Assembly: GCA_002269645.1 (NCBI GenBank)
Contig: NIVC01002651.1
Location: 1 to 64,000 of the forward strand
Direction of reading: 5' to 3'
Origin: Macrostomum lignano
Lineage: Eukaryota
Length of the DNA stretch: 64,000 nucleotides
The position numbers and the translations under genes were made by a program. A model generated the notes under the pieces. It was given only the letters and a program-made list of their open reading frames with translations. It searched no databases and was not told where the DNA came from. Below are positions 11,101 to 25,741 of this stretch, in pieces. Every line of letters begins with the position of its first letter. Positions within the stretch are counted from its first letter, which is position 1.

Positions 11101-13885
11101 GACCCGTGGTGGGCAAGCCATTGTGACCCGTGGTGGGCAAGCCATTGTGACCCGTGGTGGGCAAGCCATTGTGACCCGTGGTGGGCAAGCCATTGGGACC
11201 CGTGGTGGGCAAGCCATTGGGACCCGTGGTGGGCAAGCCATTGGGACCCGTGGTGGGCAAGCCATTGTGACCCGTGGTGGGCAAGCCATTGTGACCCGTG
11301 GTGGGCAAGCCATTGTGACCCCTCAGCCTCCGTAGCTGCAGATGCGCTCCCAATCGCACTCAGTGAACTCATTTTCTCATCGAACATTCCAGTCTGTTGA
11401 GCTGCGCACCATTGACGCAGTTCTGGCCATGACGAGGGCTGTCCACAGCGTCACAGGCGGCTACACCAGCTCGAGCTCCACCAACGCCAGCTGCAACGGC
11501 GCCACTCGAGCATGGCCTGATGGAGCACTGGCAGCTCGCGCTCTCGCTAAGGTTGTGAGCGACTTGTCTGCATTCCAACACATTCACATCCGGCATCACT
11601 GCTGGGAAACTTTTCATTGGAATTCCAGACCACGGACTTCAACACACTCGGCTCTCTGATTTCCTACAATGGCACCACGAGGCACTTCACCAGCTACATC
11701 GAGGCGGTGTCCACCTTCCACGCCTTCTACACGAGTCCGCTGAGGTACATCGAGAGCGCCAGGTACCACCCCGACAACGCCTCGCTCAGCGTCTCGTTCG
11801 TCTACAAAGACAGGCGACTGGCTTTCCCGAACACCTTCGTGGACTTCAAGAACCGAACTCTGCGAGTCTGCGCTCCGGATGTAGGAGCTAAATTTCAACT
11901 GTCACACTGAAGTATTTGGATTTCATACTTGAAAACTATACCTATTATTGTCTTGAATTTCAGGTTCGTCCCTACGTAATCTACGACGAGAACACTTACG
12001 GAAAGGTCACCGGCCACGCTGAGGATGTGCTCAATATTGTGCGAGAAAATCTGAACTTCTCGTTAGTGACTCGAAAGCGTGAAAATTCTTAGTCAATGCC
12101 ACCAGTTTTAATGCAACTAACATATTGCACCGAGGGGGGGGGCCGTAGCCCAGCGGTAGCGCAGATGCTCTGGTGTCCAGCGACCCAGGCTCGATTCCAA
12201 GTGCAGTCGCATTAATTTGGGGCTGAATTGGAATTTTGGCTTGGCTCTGCTCGTGCAATTAACGGCTTTGAGAGCCAACCCCCCAAGGCGCAGTGAAGTG
12301 TACATGCCTAACGATAAATAAAGTTAGGGCCGCTGTACACTCCTGTGTGAGTGTGTGCCTGCGTACGTATCCGCGCGCTTGTGTGCCTGCTCAGGGGAGT
12401 CGGCGGAATGGGCAGTAATGCCTCTCACCGGTTGTGTGCCTATGTCGCTTAAAAAACATATTGCACCAATATTGCAGAACCATCGTTCTGAAGCCGCCAG
12501 ACGGGCAGTTCGGGGCGCCAATCAATGGCACGCAGCGCTTCTCCGGCTGCATTGGAGAGCTGCAGAATGGCGTGAGTTGCTTCTTGAAGATGGCTTAAGA
12601 GTCGCGACGGCTTCAAGTTGTTTGATAAATCTAGCTGTGAGTTTCAGTTTGTTCATCCGATTTCTCTTCCAGAAAGCAGACTTGGCAGTCGTTTTCGCTG
12701 TCACCAATCTGCGCTATGCCGTCGTGGACTACTTGGACGACTACCTGTACTCATCCAACAACATCCTAGTCCGCATACCACCCCCTGCCAGCAAAATCTG
12801 GAACGTGTTCACGCCGATGACGCTGCAAGTTTGGCTGCTGCTGGCTGCCTCCATCTTCATCGTGCCCTTCATCATCTACCTGCTGGCCTTGTTCAGCCCC
12901 TTCTCCGCTTGGAACCTGAAACTGAGCTTCGCTTTCGCCGACGAGGTCTGGTACAAGGAATACCTGTGGTCCACCATCGGCAGTTTCTTGCAACAGGGTC
13001 AGGACTTTTATCCATTCGCAATGTCGCCCAGAACCGTGATGGTGTTCTGGTGGCTGCTCACCGTTATTATATTTGGTGCATACACTGGAGACCTGACTGC
13101 TCACTTGGCTACATCAGTCAGCAGTTTGACTATTAGGACTCTGGAAGACCTGGTGTCCATGCCTTACTACACTGCTTTAGTACCAAGGGGAACCAACATT
13201 CACACGGCGATCGACATGGCTACGTCGGGACCGATGTTCCAGCTGAAGTCCATGACTGTGCTGGTGCAATCGCACGAGGACTGCGCTAGGAAGGTGAGGA
13301 CTGTGCGCCCCGAATTTGGAATTCTTAGAACAGAAAGGTGCAACGAATCGGTGAAATTATGCGCCTTCAATTTTCAACTTTCAGCTGCTGGCCTCAACCA
13401 ATCCGTACACTGTGTGCATCGCGGATCAGAAGTCCAATCTGTACTTTGCTAACCAATTCTGCGAAGAAATGTACGTGGCTGACGAGTATTTTAACTTCTA
13501 CTATCTGGCGTGGCCTGTGCCCAAGGATGCGTTCTATGCTGACGCCATGAACTTAATGTAAGCCGCTAATCCTGACAGTCATGCCCACAGTGCTCTGATG
13601 CATTTGCTTTATTAATTGACGCGAAATTTACCTTCTAGAATTCGTCGGGCTAAAGAGAACGGCCTCGTTGACATGCTCCGGTTGAAGTACTTCCCAACTA
13701 GCAGCTCAGAGTGCTCAAGTGCACAGGGAGGGATATCGGATGCTGAGCCAATTAACCTGGAGGGCATCGGCGGATCCTGCTTGGTGCCAGGAGTCCTGTA
13801 CTTAATTGGACTGCTCATCCTGCTGCTTGAGCTCTTCTGGACCGCCTGTCTGAACAAGGACCCGCTGCAGTGCGTCTTGTTCTGA
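8103..13885 (+). CDS. Divergent ionotropic glutamate receptor (iGluR/IR-like) copy 1, 12 exons, about 853 aa
   Basis: Exons 8103-8346, 9255-9401, 9902-10012, 10096-10277, 10351-10581, 11393-11554, 11629-11880, 11964-12061, 12478-12571, 12673-13293, 13385-13557, 13639-13885; all GT-AG, phase-consistent, no stops. Signal peptide; ATD-like region; S1 (RPYVI..LNFSTIVLKPPDGQFG..FSGCIGELQNGKADLAVVFAVTNLRYAVVDY); M1; pore loop GSFLQQG; M3 AYTGDLTAHL (SYTANLAAF-like); S2 with paired Cys; M4. Confidence 0.9.
8365..9195 (+). repeat. iGluR intron-1 minisatellite, 32 bp unit (GTTTATCTATGGCCAGTGCATCAGTGCACTCT); also at 17037-17418 and 33017-33462
   Basis: About 26, 12 and 14 copies in paralogs 1, 2 and 3. 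Confidence 0.95.
9371..9878 (+). repeat. iGluR exon-2/intron-2 junction minisatellite (37-41 bp unit containing the donor CTG|GTATGT), followed in copy 1 by an 11 bp (GTGAGCTGTGC)n array; also at 17596-17952 and 33640-33912
   Basis: The unit GAGCTGTGCCAGCTGGACACTGCAGAGTCTG-GTATGT is the last 31 nt of exon 2 plus the donor hexamer. Donors lie at 9402, 9443, 9480, 9517, 9554, 9591, 9628 and 9668. Confidence 0.95.
10586..11320 (+). repeat. iGluR intron-5 double minisatellite: 27 bp (GAGCATTCTCATTGAGCCTTGGCATCT) then 24 bp (GCCATTGTGACCCGTGGTGGGCAA); also at 18786-19332 and 34746-35160
   Basis: Two abutting arrays whose copy numbers differ among the three paralogs. Confidence 0.95.
12132..12454 (+). 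mobile_element. tRNA-derived SINE inserted in intron 8 of iGluR copy 1
   Basis: A box TAGCCCAGCGG, B box GGCTCGATTCC and an A-rich end. A 13 bp TSD AACATATTGCACC lies at 12119-12131 and 12455-12467. The empty site is in copy 2 at 20131-20143. Confidence 0.9.
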
Positions 13886-14429
13886 TGGTTGTTTTGAGCG
13901 TTTGAAAATTTGTTAACTTGCGGTTTTAATCGCAACTTTAAGATGCTTAAGTTTTTTCTTGATTTAATTGTGAAGCACTACTTAGGCATAAAGTTAAGAC
14001 ATTGGAATTTTTGTGTCACCAGAGATCATGTAACTTGTTATACTGAAGTGATCAGCTGACAATTTACCATTAACTGATTTCTCACAGTATTGCACTGGCA
14101 CCTATTCAACTTACTTCGTAGGGTCCCGATATTATCACGTACGCTCGTACACAAATAAAAACCAGTTGCAAGAAAAAATGCACAAACTGTAAGTCCTTAT
14201 ATTAAAATATTATCCCCAATTCACATTGGCGTACTAATCTTGAAGTAAGGAATTATGTAAATTACTGTATATAGGGTTTGAAAGCCTACCAAAGTATAAT
14301 ATATTCATATAAAAAATAATTTCTTTATTTCCAGTCAAACCTAATCTGGATTTGCAAGTTAATCTATATAGGTTTCAGGCTAAATTCATTTGGGGCTCAG
14401 GTGGCAACATTTTTTTTCTAGGGCTTCGT

Positions 14430-15852
<1,423 letters not shown>

Positions 15853-16763
15853 GTTTTGAAGGTTCATGCAATGAACTGAGTATTCGCAATAAGAGACTTT
15901 AGTTTTTCGGCTACTTTTAGCCAAACGAATAAAAACCAAGAGCATAGAGCATACTCTCCCTGAAGAGACTGAAAATTATATAATTTAACCTGAAAATTAA
16001 ATAAGTGTACAAGTAGTTATTAAGTATACAAAAAATTCATGGTATGCTGAAAAGTACGCGTAGGTGAATCGATACAAATACATGTCAATGAAGCCCTCTC
16101 CTAAACAGTCAGTTGTACCCCCGCCAGTCGATTGTGCTCGGCAGGCAAACTGTGGCAGACAAATGACAGCATCCCTGTGCAGTGTCACTCAACACTGCTT
16201 AAACGGGGTGTGGCTACGGTGTACTTTCTGCGTGCAGCTGCACCGGTGCACAGCGCCAGACATATTGGTGCAAACGTCAGCACGATAAGGAAATTCCTAA
16301 TTACTTTTGTCTTGCCATTTGGGTTCCCGATTATCAACTGCACGCAGTTCCCCCTGCCCTAACTGGCTATTGTGGATCGCTTTGGAGGCAAAAGGAGTCC
16401 TGATTAGTGCGACAAAAGTAATGATACACGAAAATGAAAGCTGAAGCCGTTAATTCGCGAGCCAAATATCGATTCGAGCATCGCTGAGACTCTGATCCCG
16501 TTAAGAAACTGTCCTTAGTGCATCGATTCGACCCCAAAAACACCCAACCAGCTTAGTTATCTCAGTGTCGCCTCCGGGAAGTTCTTGTCTATGTTCAATT
16601 AACGGTTTTTCTGGTCGATATCGATTGATTATTCACTGAGACACGGCGATATGACCAACTTCTGTCTATATAATAACTCACCTGATCCTCTGCCGCTGGC
16701 TTTTCTTTGCTCCGCAATCTAAGAGTCAAGAGTCTGCCTCTAAAGCTACGGATTTTATTCACA

Positions 16764-19700
16764 ATGCTGGCGCTGCTAATGTTGTCGCTTCTTCTACTAG
16801 GAGAAGCCGCAGAAATTGCCCGGGCCCTGCGCCTCGCCGTGCTGGCTGAGCCGGGGCTGCTGCAGCCGGGTCTGGTGCAGCGAGTCGTCGACAGGCGGGT
16901 CAACCAGAACCCGCTGCTGTTCCCCGGCCTCAGCGAGTCCAACCCGCTCACCTGCCAGCTCGTGTCCGCTGACGACTCCGTCTTGGCTGTGCAACAGAGT
17001 GAGACATCTATGCAGAGCTTACCAGCAACAGCCATTGTTTATCTATGGCCAGTGCATCAATGCACTCTGTTTATCTATGGCCAGTGTATCAGTGCATTCT
17101 GTTTATCTATGGCCAGTGCATCAGTGCACTCTGTTTATCTATGGCCAGTGTATCAGTGCACTCTGTTTATCTATGGCCAGTGTATCAGTGCACTCTGTTT
17201 ATCTATGGCCAGTGCATCAGTGCACTCTGTTTATCTATGGCCAGTGCATCAGTGCACTCTGTTTATCTATGGCCAGTGAATTAGTGCACTCTGTTTATCT
17301 ATGGCCAGTGAATTAGTGCACTCTGTTTATCTATGGCCAGTGAATTAGTGCACTCTGTTTATCTATGGCCAGTGAATTAGTGCACTCTGTTTATCTATGG
17401 CCAGTGCATCAGTGCACTCTAATACACTAGCTGTAAAACAATAACATTCAAATCCTATACTTAATTAATTACCTTGCAGTCTGTCGGTCCAGCGGATTCC
17501 ACGGCCTCGTGGCAGTCGGCAGCTGCTCTCTGGGCAGCTCGGTGCACCGGCTGGCCAAGTCCTTGCGAGTGCCCGCCATTTTTGTGCCAGCGGGGGAGCT
17601 GTGCCAGCTGGACACTGCAGAGTCTGGTATGTGAGCTGTGCCTGCTGGACACTGCTGAGTCTGGTATGTGAGCTGTGCCAGCTGGACACTGCTGAGTCTG
17701 GTATGTGAGCTGTGCCTGCTGGACACTGCTGAGTCTGGTTTGTGAGCTGTGCCAGCTGGACACTGCAGAGTCTGGTTTGTGAGCTGTGCCTGCTGCATGG
17801 ACACTGCTGAGTCTGCTTTGTGAGCTGTGCCTGCTGCATGGACACTGCTGAGTCTGCTTTGTGAGCTGTGCCTGCTGCATGGACACTGCTGAGTCTGCTT
17901 TGTGAGCTGTGCCTGCTGCATGGACACTGCTGAGTCTGGTATGTGAGCTGTGTAGCCAGGTGCATCAAGACCCGTCCGCCAACCCAATTGCAGAGTTCTC
18001 ATTCGTTGGCGAAGACCATCCCATCGGCCGCATTGGGTCTATCGAAGCCTTGCTTCGGTCAAAGTCAGCCAGTGTCGTGTCGATATTTTTCGACAATCAT
18101 CAGAGTGAGCACAGGCGTTTTGAACTCAACTCTGCCGTTCATCACTTCTTTTAAATGCCTAGTTAATACAAAAAATTGAAAAAAAACACTTCAGATGAGC
18201 AGCTCATTCGGTCCCTGCACAACCAGTTGGCTGATGCGGGCATTGCGACAGTCAGCTTTCAGCTTGACACCATTGGAGTGAACCTGTCAAGGATTTTGAA
18301 AGATTCCATCAAGAAGAAAGTGAAGTTCAATGTAGTACTGGCAGAGCCGGATGCAGTTTACAGTTTAATTGAACAGGTAAATTCGGCTTCTTTGACAGAC
18401 TTGTGCCTGAAACTCTGTGCCTTAGGGGTCGGCCACTGTGGTTGTGAATTGCAAAGGTGGGCGACACGTGACAATTTTTTAACTTCATAATGTATCACCT
18501 GTACTGTTGTGTTTTTGCAGGCGGTTCAAGCGGAGGCAGTGCAGGCCCACTACTACTGGCTGGCTCTGGACGAGGGGCTGCGGCCGAACCAGCTGCTGCG
18601 GCTGCTGCCGCCCAACGTGTCGGCCAACGTCATGCTGGTCCGCGGCTCGAGTCACGGCCTGCTGGATCCGCAGCGGCTGCGGCTGAGCGGCGGCTGTCCC
18701 GACGCTCTGCGAGCCGTCATGGGCGACTCGTGCGATCCAGGAGCTGTCAGCGTGAGCACTCTGGCTGCTGGGACAGCAACTTCATGAGCCTTGGCATCTG
18801 AGCATTCTCATTGAGCCTTGGTATCTGAGCATTCTCATTGAGCCTTGGTATCTGAGCATTCTCATTGAGCCTTGGTATCTGAGCATTCTCATTGAGCCTT
18901 GGTATCTGAGAATTCTCATTGAGCCTTGGCATCTGAGCATTCTCATTGAGCCTTGGTATCTGAGCATTCTCATTGAGCCTTGGCATCTGAGCATTCTCAT
19001 TGAGCCTTGGCATCTGAGCATTCTCATTGAGCCTTGGCATCTGAGAATTCTCATTGAGCCTCGGCATCTGAGCATTCTCATTGAGTCTTGGCATCTGAGC
19101 ATTCTCATTAAGCCTTGGCATCTGAGCATTCTAATTGAGTCTTGGCATTCCGGCCATTGTGACCCGTGGTGGGCAAGCCATTGTGACCCGTGGTGGGCAA
19201 GCCATTGTGACCCGTGGTGGGCAAGCCATTGTGACCCGTGGTGGGCAAGCCATTGTGACCCGTGGTGGGCAAGCCATTGTGACCCGTGGTGGGCAAGCCA
19301 TTGTGACCCGTGGTGGGCAAGCCATTGTGACCCCTCAGCCTCCGTAGCTGCAGATGCGCTCCCGGTTGCACTCAGTGAACTCATTCTCTCATCGAACATT
19401 CCAGTCTGTTGAGCTGCGCACCATTGATGCAGTTCTGGCCATGACGAGGGCTGTCCACAGCGTCACAGGCGGCTACACCAGCTCGAGCTCCACCAACGCC
19501 AGCTGCAACGGCGCCACTCGAGCGTGGCCTGATGGAACACTGGCAGCTCGCGCTCTCGCTAAGGTTGTGAGCGACTTGTCTGCATTCCAACACATTCACA
19601 TCCGGCATCACTGATGGGAAACTTTTCATTGGAATTCCAGACCACGGACTTCAACACACTCGGCTCTCTGATTTCCTACAATGGCACCACGAGGCACTTC

Positions 19701-22096
19701 ACCAGCTACATCGAGGCGGTGTCCACCTTCCACGCCTTCTACACGAGTCCGCTGAGGTACATCGAGAGCGCCAGATACCACCCCGACAACGCCTCGCTCA
19801 GCGTCTCGTTCGTCTACAAAGACAGGCGACTGGCTTTCCCGAACACCTTCGTGGACTTCAAGAACCGAACTCTGCGAGTCTGCGCTCCGGATGTAGGAGC
19901 TAAATTTCAACTGTCACACTGAAGTATTTGGATTTCATACTTGAAAACTATACCTATTATTGTCTTGAATTTCAGGTTCGTCCCTACGTAATCTACGACG
20001 AGAACACTTACGGAAAGGTCACCGGCCACGCTGAGGATGTGCTTAATATTGTGCGAGAAAATCTGAACTTCTCGTTAGTGACTCGAAAGCGTGAAAATTC
20101 TTAGTCAATGCCACCAGTTTTTATGCAACTAACATATTGCACCAATATTGCAGAACCATCGTTCTGAAGCCGCCAGACGGGCAGTTCGGGGCGCCAATCA
20201 ATGGCACGCAGCGCTTCTCCGGCTGCATTGGAGAGCTGCAGAATGGCGTGAGTTGCTTCTTGAAGATGGCTTAAGAGTCGCGACGGCTTCAAGTTGTTTG
20301 ATAAATCTAGCTGTGAGTTTCAGTTTGTTCATCCGATTTCTCTTCCAGAAAGCAGACTTGGCAGTCGTTTTCGCTGTCACCAATCTGCGCTATGCCGTCG
20401 TGGACTACTTGGATGACTACCTGTACTCATCCAACAACATCCTGGTCCGCATACCGCCTCCTGCCAGCAAAATCTGGAACGTGTTCACGCCGATGACGCT
20501 GCAAGTTTGGCTGCTGCTGGCTGCCTCCATCTTCATCGTGCCCTTCATCATCTACCTGTTGGCCTTGTTCAGCCCCTTCTCCGCTTGGAACCTGAAACTG
20601 AGCTTCGCTTTCGCCGACGAGGTCTGGTACAAGGAATACCTGTGGTCCACCATTGGCAGTTTCTTGCAACAGGGTCAGGACTTTTATCCATTCGCAATGT
20701 CGCCCAGAACCGTGATGGTGTTCTGGTGGCTGCTCACCGTTATTATATTTGGTGCATACACTGGAGACCTGACTGCTCACTTGGCTACATCAGTCAGCAG
20801 TTTGACTATTAGGACTCTGGAAGACCTGGTGTCCATGCCTTACTACACTGCTTTAGTACCAAGGGGAACAAACATTCACACGGCGATTGACATGGCTACG
20901 TCGGGACCGATGTTCCAGCTGAAGTCCATGACTGTGCTGGTGCAGTCGCACGAGGACTGCGCTAGGAAGGTGAGGATTGTGCGCCCCGAATTTTGAATTC
21001 TTAGAACAGAAAGGTGCAACGAATCGGTGAAATCATGCGCCTTTAAATTTTCAACTTTCAGCTGCTGGCCTCAACCAATCCGTACACTGTGTGCATCGCG
21101 GATCAGAAGTCCAATCTGTACTTTGCTAATCAATTCTGCGAAAAAATGTACGTGGCTGACGAGTATTTTAACTTCTACTATCTGGCGTGGCCTGTGCCCA
21201 AGGATGCGTTCTATGCTGACGCCATGAACTTAATGTAAGCCGCTAATCCTGACAGTCATGCTCACAGTGCTCTGATGCATTAGCTTTGGAATGGGCGTGT
21301 AACCTCGCGGCTAAGCTGCTGGTTTTGCTAAGGATTACGAGTGGACTATTATCTGCTGTACTGATTTGAGATTTGGTAGAATCGCTGCCACCAGGCTTCC
21401 TGCTTCCCTAATCCTATTATTTTGAGACAAAGGAAGAACTCAGGAAAACCAAATTATTTGACAAAAGTTTATACTTCAAAAAAATAGAACAGCATGCAAT
21501 GGTTATTGTGCGAGAGTTTTAGGCATTGACTACCTGGTAGTGTACTGTTTTAGGCATCGACTACCACCAACAGTTTTACGTATCTCCCAATATTTCCCCG
21601 CCTCTTACCTAATCCTACTTGAGACTACGCAAGTCCGCGAGCGAACGAAAGATCTGCTTACCCAAGCTTTAAACTGCTCTATTCTTCTAAGGAATCCCGG
21701 AAACCTGCGATTTTCCCCGGCTCTAATTACTTTCCCAAACCTAAACTACTGACAGTAGGCAAAAAGCATATCTGCTTCGCTACTAATTCCCATTCCTAAA
21801 ATACTGCCCTACTACAGCTTTATTAATTGACGCGAAATTTACCTTCTAGAATTCGTCGGGCTAAAGAGAACGGCCTCGTTGACATGCTCCGGTTGAAGTA
21901 CTTCCCAACTAGCAGCTCAGAGTGCTCAAGTGCACAGGGAGGGATATCGGATGCTGAGCCAATTAACCTGGAGGGCATCGGCGGATCCTGCTTGGTGCCA
22001 GGAGTCCTGTATTTAATTGGACTGCTCATCCTGCTGCTTGAGCTCTTCTGGACCGCCTGTCTGAACAAGGACCCGCTGCAGTGCGTCTTGTTCTGA
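16764..22096 (+). CDS. Divergent iGluR/IR-like copy 2 (chimeric), 12 exons, about 850 aa
   Basis: Exons 16764-16998, 17480-17626, 17994-18104, 18195-18376, 18521-18751, 19405-19566, 19641-19892, 19976-20073, 20154-20247, 20349-20969, 21062-21234, 21850-22096. Intact and phase-consistent, with the same motifs as copy 1. Confidence 0.9.
21288..21815. mobile_element. 528 bp insertion/deletion in intron 11 of copy 2, flanked by a 6 bp direct repeat AGCTTT
   Basis: The intron is 81 bp in copy 1 (single TGCTTT site) and 615 bp in copy 2, with AGCTTT at 21282-21287 and 21816-21821. GGAATGGG at the left end has its inverse CCCATTCC near the right end. Confidence 0.45.
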
Positions 22097-22639
22097 TGGT
22101 TGTTTTGAGCGTTTGAAAATTTGTTAACTTGCGGTTTTAATCGCAACTTTAAGATGCTTAAGTTTTTTCTTGATTTAATTGTGAAGCACTACTTAGGCAT
22201 AAAGTTAAGACATTGGAATTTTTGTGTCACCAGAGATCATGTAACTTGTTATACTGAAGTGATCAGCTGACAATTTACCATTAACTGATTTCTCACAGTA
22301 TTGCACTGGCACCTATTCAACTTACTTCGTAGGGTCCCGATATTATCACGTACGCTCGTACACAAATAAAAACCAGTTGCAAGAAAAAATGCACAAACTG
22401 TAAGTCCTTATATTAAAATATTATCCCCAATTCACATTGGCGTACTAATCATGAAGTAAGGAATTATGTAAATTACTGTATATAGGGTTTGAAAGCCTAC
22501 CAAAGTATAATATATTCATATAAAAAATAATTTCTTTATTTCCAGTCAAACCTAATCTGGATTTGCAAGTTAATCTATTTAGGTTTCAGGCTAAATTCAT
22601 TTGGGGCTCAGGTGGCAACATTTTTTTTCTAGGGCTTCG

Positions 22640-25123
<2,484 letters not shown>

Positions 25124-25332
25124 TGTTGTAGAAATTGAACAAGTCTGAGGGCCGTCAATTTAGCCAACAAGAAAAATCAACAATTAAGCGCTCACTGAGA
25201 GGCCTGCGAATATATTATATATTTAGCTCCGTCTCTCGCAACAACCACCCCACCATGCGCACAGAGGAGGGGGGACGCCAAGCGTACATACAAACCAGAG
25301 TATGCTAGGCAGGCACACAACTAACCCTAACA
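25124..25332 (-). repeat. BEL 3' LTR (209 bp)
   Basis: About 97% identical over 159 bp to 29779-29937; the PPT abuts it at 25333-25340. Confidence 0.9.
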
Positions 25333-25741
25333 CTCCCCCTAATGATGCTTCAACATTACAGTACTTAACACTGATATTCGAAAAAGGAAACTCACTATGA
25401 ACTTAAAAGAAATTAAACGAAACGAATAGCAAAAAAAACAAACGAACAACAAAAAACGCTCTAACATTACAACAGACTTGATAAATAAAAATGTGACGCA
25501 CCATCACTACAGTTTTAAGTTAACGAAAAAGCAGAAACACAAAAGGCGCCAAGGAGCAAAAATGTAAGCACCGTCACCAGCGTACTGTAAATTAGAGAAA
25601 CCCAAATGTCGCGTTGAAAAGTTTACTCAAAGCACGAGCACGATGCTGGGATAAGAACTGGAGATTGAAACTAAGGAGAGCTAAAGACTGAGATGTCAGA
25701 TGTCAATAGTCACTGTCAGCTTAAGAAAAGTCAATAGCATT

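Noticed and set aside
11342-11392. Upstream acceptor (ctgcag|ATGCGC) extending iGluR exon 6 by 51 nt
   Set aside because: It is in frame and possible, but the segment contains a pyrimidine tract and accumulates differences between paralogs like intron sequence. The downstream AG at 11391-11392 was preferred.
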